Virus record (IMG/VR): IMGVR_UViG_3300045988_024225
Source: a virus
Reading direction: 5' to 3' (one strand)
Length of the DNA stretch: 18,092 nucleotides
Positions within the stretch are counted from its first letter, which is position 1; the number at the start of each line of letters is the position of its first letter. Below are positions 5,834-12,876 of this stretch, in pieces. The notes beneath the pieces are model-generated. The model made no database searches and had not been told where the DNA came from. It saw only the letters and a program-made list of their open reading frames with translations. The position numbers and the translations under genes were made by a program.

Positions 5834-7555
5834 ATGTCCAATATTCGACCGTTGGCCTGTAAGGGGGACGTTGAGATTTTCAACGCCGTCCGAAACGCCA
5901 CCAGCCCCCAGTTCCAGACCCGTATCCCGTCTGCCACGCAGGGCAATATCCGCAACGCGGTAGACACCATGCGCAATTTCCCCTACCTGCGCGACGAATT
6001 CACGGGCGTGCTGATTCAGCGTCTCATCGGCCTGTACGTCCAGCACGCCGACTGGGATGACCCGCTCAAGCTGATCGGCTCCCCGCGCACCCTCAAGCGC
6101 TACGGTTCCACCTACGAACAGGCCGCCGTGGGTCTCGTCAAGGCCCGCACCCGCAACTTCAACAAAGAATATCTCGGGGATGATGTTTACGGGCGTTACT
6201 CGCTGCCGACTGCTTCGGTATTCCACCCCCTAACTTTCGACCATTATTACCCCGTCACCATTCCAGAAGACGCTCTGTTGACCGCGTTCGACGGCGAAAG
6301 CGGCATGTCGGATTACATCGCTGAAATCATGAACGCGCCCGTTCTCTCGGATAGAAACGATATGTACTTGATGAAGACACAGACCTTCGCGGAATACGCC
6401 CGTAAGGGCGGTTTCTACCGCGTGCATACCCCCGACGTTGGTAAGGCGGATTCCACGGAAGCTGACGCTAAGGGCTTGTTGCGCCTTATCCAGCAGGTGG
6501 CGAACGAGCTGAAGGCGTCTCCAATGTCGGCCATGCCGCGATATAATGCCATGTCGTGGGTGACTCCATGGCGCGACTCTGAAGCGATCTTGTTCGCTAC
6601 TCCGCAGGTGATTGCCGCGCTCAACGTGGAAGCTCTCGCCGCCGCCTTCAACATCGATAAGGTCAATGTTCCGTATCGCATCATTCCGATTCCAGAAGAT
6701 ATGTTCGGCATTGGCGGGCAGGGCGGCAAGGTACAGGCCGTCCTGACCACGGAAGATTTCTTTTTCTGCTGGGATGAGATGCTCGAAACCGCAAGTTCCC
6801 CCGTGAATCCGATTGACGGCACCCGCAACATCTTCTACAAGCACAGGGGCAGCATTACCCCGAATCCGTTCGCCAACGCTATTCTGTTCTGGACTGGAAA
6901 AGGCTCTACGCAGTCGGTAACATTGCCGGATACGCTTACTACGTCGAAACCAGTATTCGAGCTGAAAGTACAGAAATATGGTCAGCCCGCCATCACACCG
7001 CAGAATGTGGAACGTGGCGATTTGGTGCAGGTGGTGTCTACTATCGAAAGCGCTAATAAGGCTAAGGCGTCTTTCCAGCCGGTCGGTATTACATATGCCG
7101 TTGAGGGTGCATCTTCGCAGTTTACAGCTATCGACAATGACGGTATTTTGCGTTGCGGCCTTGACGAAACCGCCGAGTCCCTTAAAGTCACTGCTCAGGC
7201 AACCTATATCAACCCGGATACACCTGAAATCGACCAAACAATTTCCGCCGCACTGGACGTACCTGTCAAGGGCACTTGGGTGGGCGGCATCAAGATTGGC
7301 GCACTCAAGAGTCTGACAATTCTCCCGCCAAACCCGCCGAGTGTCAAGGTGGGTGAAAGTACGAAACTTACCGCTCAAGCGATCATGGCAGACGGTTCAA
7401 CCGTTGACGTAAGCAATCTTGCGACATGGGGCGTAGACAAGAACGCCACTGTCGATAAAACTGGAAAAGTCGTTGGTGCAAATGCCGGAGATGCAGTCGC
7501 TAGCGCGAAATTTGCAGGAGAAATAACGTACAAGACTGTGCACGTTGTCTTATGA
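5834..7555 (+). CDS. Major capsid protein, phi29 gp8-like, with C-terminal bacterial Ig-like (Big_2-type) domain (573 aa)
   Basis: The N-terminal half parallels phi29 gp8 as I remember it: IFNAVRNA...IPSAT..NI, DEFTGVLIQRLIGL, DPLK, EDALLTAF...YIAEIMNA....D.YLMK. The C-terminus LTILPPNPPSVKVGESTKLTAQAIMADGSTVDVSNLATWGVDKNATVDKTGKVVGANAGDAVASAKF is a typical Big_2 pattern. Synteny also fits. Confidence 0.85.
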   Translation: MSNIRPLACKGDVEIFNAVRNATSPQFQTRIPSATQGNIRNAVDTMRNFPYLRDEFTGVLIQRLIGLYVQHADWDDPLKLIGSPRTLKRYGSTYEQAAVGLVKARTRNFNKEYLGDDVYGRYSLPTASVFHPLTFDHYYPVTIPEDALLTAFDGESGMSDYIAEIMNAPVLSDRNDMYLMKTQTFAEYARKGGFYRVHTPDVGKADSTEADAKGLLRLIQQVANELKASPMSAMPRYNAMSWVTPWRDSEAILFATPQVIAALNVEALAAAFNIDKVNVPYRIIPIPEDMFGIGGQGGKVQAVLTTEDFFFCWDEMLETASSPVNPIDGTRNIFYKHRGSITPNPFANAILFWTGKGSTQSVTLPDTLTTSKPVFELKVQKYGQPAITPQNVERGDLVQVVSTIESANKAKASFQPVGITYAVEGASSQFTAIDNDGILRCGLDETAESLKVTAQATYINPDTPEIDQTISAALDVPVKGTWVGGIKIGALKSLTILPPNPPSVKVGESTKLTAQAIMADGSTVDVSNLATWGVDKNATVDKTGKVVGANAGDAVASAKFAGEITYKTVHVVL

Positions 7556-7561
7556 TATAAT
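7553..7561 (+). promoter_or_regulatory. Extended -10 box TGaTATAAT overlapping the capsid gene stop codon
   Basis: Perfect TGnTATAAT. The capsid TGA (7553-7555) forms its TGa. Confidence 0.45.
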
Positions 7562-7575
7562 CAGATAATCGTTAG

Positions 7576-7614
7576 AATGGGTGTGAGAAGACAATTCTCA
7601 CACCCATTGTTTCT
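7576..7614 (+). terminator. Strong hairpin (14-bp stem) plus GTTTCT; attenuator or terminator after the capsid gene
   Basis: AATGGGTGTGAGAA gacaa TTCTCACACCCATT, then GTTTCT, then AGGAGG (7615-7620) and the ATG at 7625. Confidence 0.65.
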
Positions 7615-7624
7615 AGGAGGACTT

Positions 7625-9865
7625 ATGAGCGCCAATGACCTACCCATCAATTTCAGTTACGCGAAATGGACGCCAAACACCAGATTCAAACTCTGCAACG
7701 TTCCGTGGGACATGGGCTATAGGGATATTGTCAAATGGGATAAAAACGCCCAGAAAGAGTATTTCAATCAGCTGGATGGTATAGAGTTCACAAATTGCTC
7801 CATGTCAAAATACGGACTGCCCGTGAGACTGCCCGTACCATTTGCTCAAGCATGCCAATACAATTACCTGATCGCCACGAATGATTACGATTTTGACACC
7901 CCCCGTAGTTGGTATTATTTCATCCAGACGTGCGACTATATCAACGCTAATACGACACAGCTCAATATTCAGTTGGATGTATGGCAGTCATTTCAGTACG
8001 ATATTCAACTGGGTAACGCCTACGTAGAAAGAGGGCATGTTGGCGTAGCGAACGAGAATGCGTGGAAGGACTGGGGCAAAACCTATCTTGATCTACCCGA
8101 AGGCTTGGATACCGGTAAATGCACCGTACTGACCAACGAATCATGGAAGCCGCTCATGGATGTAGGCACTCACGATGGCGTGAAATACACCTCCTACGGA
8201 TTGATTATCGTGAGCACCACCGATCTGGAAGCCAATACTGGTACGAAGGATAATCCGGTGGTCAACACCGCCACCGGTAGCGCTTTTGAAAGCCAGTTGA
8301 ATGGCACATCTATGTATTATTTAGACACTCCCGCCGATATTGTCGCATTCTTTACTGAAGGCATGAATGCACCATGGGTGACGCAGGGTATTTGCGGTAT
8401 CTACGCCGTGCCGCATCTTCCACAAGCCTTGTTGGACGGTCAGCCGAAAAAGACGGAACTGTTCGGACATTCGGTCGGTTTCATCGGCAATTGCTGGGAA
8501 CTACGCACACGAAACGACAATAGCAACGCACGCTATACGGATATTATCAATCTGAAGAATTTCCGCGACACCTTTAATCTGCCCGAACGCTACAAGTATT
8601 TGAAGAAATTTCTCACCGCCCCTTACGCCTACATCGAATGTTCGTGCTTGAACGGGACCGTGGTCACGTATGAGCCTGAGCAAATTCCGTCTGCAGATCT
8701 GATTATCCGCGAATCATGGAATTACGCGCCCCCCTCCCCACGATTGAACTTTTATGCGAGGGGTTATCATGCGGGCAATCTTGGCGAACGCCAGCCACTA
8801 CCAGACGGTAAGGGATTACCGATTGATACGGGCGAAATGCTCAACGCCAGTTTTGGTATCACCAATTTCCCGACCTTCATGGCAGTAAACAATGGTTCTG
8901 CTCTCGCCCTTGCGAACAGCGCTTATACGCGCCAATACGCCCAGCAGAGCGCCGATTGGTCACAGCAAAAAACGCAAATGGGCATTAACAATGCGTACTC
9001 TCAAGCCCAGCTCGGCACTCAATACGCGAGTGCGCAAAACAGGCTCGGCATGTCGAACCGAAACGCAATGAACGCGATCAGCAACCAAAGTGCGCAAATG
9101 GGCACCGATCTGACGTTGAAGAATCTCGGATTCAATAACCAGATGGCTCAGCTTAACACTATTGGGTCGGGCGTGGCGAACGCGGTCGGTTCCGCCGTCA
9201 CCGGCAATATGGGCGGTGTAGCCGGTGCCATCGCAGGTACGGCCATTGGAGCATGGACGAACCAGCAAACCTACAATAACAACGTGTCAACCGCTAACCA
9301 ACAATTGGCGAACACGCAAACCACGAACAACGCTTCGATCTCACAGGCTAACGCCTACTCTCTCGCGCAAACCAATCTATCCAATCAACAGGCCATGCAA
9401 ATGGCTGATATGAACAGGCAACTGGCTCAGGCCACGGCGCAAGGCGATTATGAAAATACGATCGCGGGCATCAACGCGCAGGTGCAGCAGACCCAGACCG
9501 TACCGCCTACCACGTCCGGCGCATTAGGCGGTGACGCGTTCAACCTTGCCAACGGCTTGATCGGTGTCATGGTGCGTTTCCGGCAGATTCCACCCGCCGC
9601 CATGCAAGCCATTGGCGAAGTATGGTTACGATACGGGTATTACGTACAACGGTTTATGAAACTTCCTGAAAATCTTATGGCCATGTCCAATTTCACGTAT
9701 TGGAAATTGCATGAATTGTACGTACGGAGTTCGACGTGCCCCGAAGAGTGCCGGTTGACTGTCAAGGGTATTTTTGAGAGTGGTGTGACCGTATGGACTG
9801 ACCCCGACAAAATCGGTGTCACCGATTACGCGGACAATGCGCCTTTAAGCGGTATTGCATACTGA
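7625..9865 (+). CDS. Tail knob / distal tube protein, phi29 gp9-like (746 aa)
   Basis: ATG at 7625 lies 4 nt after AGGAGG. The 7577 start in the track lies inside the hairpin. The N-terminal part parallels phi29 gp9 as I remember it: VPWDMGYRDIVKW vs VPFSNDYKNTRWF, and YNYLIATNDYDF...SWYYFIQTCDYINANTTQLNIQLDVWQSFQYDIQLGNAYVERGHV vs [57 protein letters not shown]. It sits between the capsid and connector genes. Confidence 0.85.
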   Translation: MSANDLPINFSYAKWTPNTRFKLCNVPWDMGYRDIVKWDKNAQKEYFNQLDGIEFTNCSMSKYGLPVRLPVPFAQACQYNYLIATNDYDFDTPRSWYYFIQTCDYINANTTQLNIQLDVWQSFQYDIQLGNAYVERGHVGVANENAWKDWGKTYLDLPEGLDTGKCTVLTNESWKPLMDVGTHDGVKYTSYGLIIVSTTDLEANTGTKDNPVVNTATGSAFESQLNGTSMYYLDTPADIVAFFTEGMNAPWVTQGICGIYAVPHLPQALLDGQPKKTELFGHSVGFIGNCWELRTRNDNSNARYTDIINLKNFRDTFNLPERYKYLKKFLTAPYAYIECSCLNGTVVTYEPEQIPSADLIIRESWNYAPPSPRLNFYARGYHAGNLGERQPLPDGKGLPIDTGEMLNASFGITNFPTFMAVNNGSALALANSAYTRQYAQQSADWSQQKTQMGINNAYSQAQLGTQYASAQNRLGMSNRNAMNAISNQSAQMGTDLTLKNLGFNNQMAQLNTIGSGVANAVGSAVTGNMGGVAGAIAGTAIGAWTNQQTYNNNVSTANQQLANTQTTNNASISQANAYSLAQTNLSNQQAMQMADMNRQLAQATAQGDYENTIAGINAQVQQTQTVPPTTSGALGGDAFNLANGLIGVMVRFRQIPPAAMQAIGEVWLRYGYYVQRFMKLPENLMAMSNFTYWKLHELYVRSSTCPEECRLTVKGIFESGVTVWTDPDKIGVTDYADNAPLSGIAY

Positions 9866-9872
9866 CATATAT

Positions 9873-9904
9873 AATAGGGAGAGTATAACAACACTCTCCC
9901 TATT
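9873..9904 (+). terminator. Hairpin after the tail knob gene (12-bp stem, 8-nt loop) with a weak U-tract
   Basis: AATAGGGAGAGT ataacaac ACTCTCCCTATT, followed by ACTATGTT. Its 5' arm overlaps a TATAAT at 9870-9875. Confidence 0.5.
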
Positions 9905-9907
9905 ACT

Positions 9908-10864
9908 ATGTTAAGGACGGTTATAGTGGGTAAACGCAATAATGCGCGCAAGGCGGCACACTGGGATAATCAGAGCGTGCTCGGATCCATGTGGGGCGAC
10001 TTGAATTTGCCTGAAATGCGGCAGTCCCTTCGTATCAACCAGTATATGAAGCTTATTGAAATGCTGGCCGTAAGCCGATTCAAATGGATCAACTTACCCT
10101 CATATATCGATGAAAGATATTTGGAACTCACCCTATTCGAGAATGGTTTAGCCCTCTTTTTTCCCGACAAACGTAAGGGCGTCAACCGTTTCATGGTCAC
10201 GTCCGGCAACATCGGGGGGGTGAACAACTACAACAATCCGACCAGTTTTCAGCCCGTCGCCACGAACTACTCGCACCCCCAGATTGGCTCGAAGAAATGC
10301 GTACCCATTTGGGACAACCAGCTCAGGTGCACTATGGTCGATGTCATGTGGAACTACGCCGCGCGATTGGCTATTGCAGACCGCGCTTTGGACGTGAATT
10401 TGGACAATATTTCGGTGCCGTTGATTATCGCCACGTCTGAAACCAACAAACTCACCGCCCAAAATTTGATGAAGGCACGCGAGGATGGTGACCCATACGT
10501 GTACGCCTACGACTCGGCGGACATTACCGGCATGTTTCAGACTTTCCCCAACATGACCCCCTTTTTGGCGGATAAAATTATCACCACAAAAACACAGATT
10601 TGGAATGAGCTCGTAAACTACTTGGGCATTGACAATTCGGCCGCGGAAAAGAAGGAGCGGTTGCTTGAATCGGAAGTGACTGCAGGAAACTCTCGTACGA
10701 ACGTGTTCCGCCTGAGCTATTTGAAGGCGCGGCAACAGGCGTGCGATACGATCAACCGATTGTGGCCGCAAATGGCCGACTCTGGATACCCCATCGGCAT
10801 TGAATGGAATGACACCACGTCCGGTGGTTTGCTGGACGTGGAAGGCAATAAGGAGGAAGACTAA
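9908..10864 (+). CDS. Head-tail connector (portal / upper collar), phi29 gp10-like (318 aa)
   Basis: [23 protein letters not shown] matches phi29 [49 protein letters not shown] matches [26 protein letters not shown], and [12 protein letters not shown] matches REEACEKINELY. The length matches gp10 (309 aa). The ATG at 9908 has no SD. An alternative GTG at 9926 follows AAGGA. Confidence 0.9.
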   Translation: [318 protein letters not shown]

Positions 10865-11676
10865 TGGTGCAGGACTTGAGCATGTACGCCATCAAGGACA
10901 GCATGGCGGATTACACGTTGACGCTCGGCAATCTTATCGACCGTGGTTTTAATACGGACGAAAAACTGCATTTAAGTTCGCAATATTATCCGATTTTCGA
11001 CGAAAACTATAGGGCGAAACTGAACGAAAAAATCGTAGCACACTACGCACTACGCGAAATTGGGTCGGAAACCCCGCAAATGTTCGTTTTCTACCTAGGC
11101 CGTACCATGCGCGAACAGATGGATTATTTCAATCAACTGTATTTGTCTGCTCAACGTAAGTTCGACCCTTTTATTACGTCCGATATCAGGCAGGAAATGG
11201 ATTCGATCAGTACGAACGAATCCAGCGGCAAATCCACAGGCACTCAATCCAATGAGTCCACGGCTAACAGCACGTCCGACACCACCGCCGACAATTCGTC
11301 AATGACTTTTAATTCCGAATTTCCGCAGACCCGTATCGACGATTTTCGCAAATACGCCACCACCGCAAGTCAGACAGATTCTACCGGCAATACGCATACG
11401 GCCACCCAGCAGGACAGTACGGCCACCGCAACCAGCGCCAGCAACACGGATTACGCGCACTCCTCGGACAAGGGAAACAGCACGTCGCATATGCTCGGTA
11501 CCAGTGGTTCGCAATCCCAGCTCTTGCTGGACTGGCGCAGTACCATGCTCAACATTGATATGATGGTCATTGGTTCGCTTGAAGATCTGTTTATGGGCAT
11601 GTGGGGAAGTGGCGACAATATGACCAACGTACCGCAACTCTACAGTACGAGTCTCGCCTATAATCTCGGCCACTAG
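10864..11676 (+). CDS. Lower collar protein, phi29 gp11-like (270 aa)
   Basis: The ATG overlaps the connector stop (TAATG), and AGGAGG sits at 10851-10856. Its position directly after the connector and its size (phi29 gp11 is 293 aa) fit. An N-terminal YPIFDENYRAKLNEKIVAHYALREIGSETPQMF-type segment is as I recall for lower collar proteins. The centre is Ser/Thr-rich. Confidence 0.65.
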   Translation: MVQDLSMYAIKDSMADYTLTLGNLIDRGFNTDEKLHLSSQYYPIFDENYRAKLNEKIVAHYALREIGSETPQMFVFYLGRTMREQMDYFNQLYLSAQRKFDPFITSDIRQEMDSISTNESSGKSTGTQSNESTANSTSDTTADNSSMTFNSEFPQTRIDDFRKYATTASQTDSTGNTHTATQQDSTATATSASNTDYAHSSDKGNSTSHMLGTSGSQSQLLLDWRSTMLNIDMMVIGSLEDLFMGMWGSGDNMTNVPQLYSTSLAYNLGH

Positions 11677-11710
11677 AGTATACTAGATACAGACAGATAG
11701 GAGGAAACGC

Positions 11711-12310
11711 ATGGATGGAATCAACATGTGCGCCGCACCGTTGGATATTGACCCGCGACAACGCTATTTCACGACGGTTCAGCCGTTTTCGTACCGTGAC
11801 ACGCTCACGGTATTGGGGTATGTGCAGGAGGTGGCCGACCATCTCGACCAGCTCAGAGAACAGCTCGATAATCTCGCCAAGGACGAAAACGCTGACATTG
11901 AAGCGATCAAACGGTTGGTAGCCGGTTTCGGCGAGCGGTTCGAGCGCATCAACAAGGCGCTGGATGACTTGGAAAAGCAGGTCGGACAGTATGAAGATAG
12001 TGACTTGACCTATAATCCGACTCGCGGCAAATACGAAGACTCCAAAAGCACGAATCGCGATCTGTATCGAGAGCTGGCCGTGTTTGGGGCGCGTGTCAAT
12101 CAAATGGCTCAACTTTCCGCGCCAATGGCGGCAGCGCACACCTGCTTGGAGTTCGCCGTGCTCGGCAACAAAACCATTTTTCACAATGACGAGCCACGCA
12201 TCACACCGCGTGATGTGCACGTGGATGATGAGGGGCCGGTCAATCCATTGACGGTCGAAAATCTTGCCAACGGCATCGTGGCCAACAATTTTATGAAAAT
12301 CGCAAAATAA
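11711..12310 (+). CDS. Hypothetical virion-module protein with predicted coiled coil (199 aa)
   Basis: AGGAGG at 11699-11704. Heptad-like segment VADHLDQLREQLDNLAKDENADIEAIKRLVAGFGERFERINKALDDLEKQV. Sits between the collar and fibre genes. No family recognised. Confidence 0.6.
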   Translation: MDGINMCAAPLDIDPRQRYFTTVQPFSYRDTLTVLGYVQEVADHLDQLREQLDNLAKDENADIEAIKRLVAGFGERFERINKALDDLEKQVGQYEDSDLTYNPTRGKYEDSKSTNRDLYRELAVFGARVNQMAQLSAPMAAAHTCLEFAVLGNKTIFHNDEPRITPRDVHVDDEGPVNPLTVENLANGIVANNFMKIAK

Positions 12311-12328
12311 TAGGAAGGATTATTAGAA

Positions 12329-12682
12329 ATGACTAAAAAAACCACAAATTATAATCTCGAAAAATATGACGCAACCGACCCGCCAAACCTACTAGGCGGG
12401 TACAACCACAGTATGGATATCATCGACACGACTCTAAAAACACAGTCGGACAAAATCGAAGCCATTCCAAAGCCGGAAAATCTGCCGGACGGACTAAAAG
12501 CATTCTGCACCGCTTTGAGTCTAACCAATTCAAACGCGGCAGCGCTCGGAACCGCGCTCAACCACTTCCTTAACCGCACACCTGCCGCAAGCGGCGGACA
12601 GTATACCGTCAAAAACCTCACCGATACCAAGGTCACGGCTGAAGGACTGCTGTTCGTGTCCACAGCCGCTTCGGGGGCCTGA
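12329..12682 (+). CDS. Fibre/appendage-like protein with shared N-terminal anchor motif (117 aa)
   Basis: SD AGGAAGGA at 12312-12319. The N-terminus NYNLEKYDATDPPNLLGGYNHSMDIIDTTLKT shares a motif with the next two ORFs. Confidence 0.6.
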   Translation: MTKKTTNYNLEKYDATDPPNLLGGYNHSMDIIDTTLKTQSDKIEAIPKPENLPDGLKAFCTALSLTNSNAAALGTALNHFLNRTPAASGGQYTVKNLTDTKVTAEGLLFVSTAASGA

Positions 12683-12688
12683 TAGGCT

Positions 12689-12871
12689 ATGGTAGATAAC
12701 CAGCAAGCAACCCCCGTTGACGTGGCCGCATATGATGTGACCCGTCATTGGGGGTTACCCCTCTACAATGATGCAACACCAATGGACATGAGGGATGGCT
12801 ACAATCATGCCATGCGTATGATTGATCAGATTCTCACTCAATTGCAGACTCAAATTCGAGAAAAGGATTGA
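12689..12871 (+). CDS. Anchor-motif-only mini ORF (60 aa)
   Basis: Contains LPLYNDATPMDMRDGYNHAMRMIDQILTQLQT, the same motif as its two neighbours, and almost nothing else. The SD is weak. It may be a real small protein or a truncated fibre remnant. Confidence 0.4.
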   Translation: MVDNQQATPVDVAAYDVTRHWGLPLYNDATPMDMRDGYNHAMRMIDQILTQLQTQIREKD

Positions 12872-12876
12872 AGCAA

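Noticed and set aside
6230-7378. 382-aa minus-strand ORF, the longest antisense ORF in the window
   Set aside because: It lies entirely antisense to the capsid gene, which has clear phi29 gp8-like and Big_2 motifs. It has no SD, an Arg/His/Gly-rich composition of low plausibility, and no partner genes on that strand. It is a typical shadow ORF in a moderately GC-rich coding region.
11677-11710. Palindrome AGTATACT and a TATACT -10-like box between the lower collar gene and the next gene
   Set aside because: It is only an 8-bp palindrome with no TG extension and no flanking hairpin. That is too weak to call a promoter or operator.
10148-12220. Minus-strand ORFs 10148-10771 (207 aa), 11299-11673 (124 aa) and 11591-12220 (209 aa)
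   Set aside because: They are antisense to the connector, lower-collar and coiled-coil genes, which are supported by motifs, SD sites and synteny. No ribosome-binding sites or recognisable domains were found.
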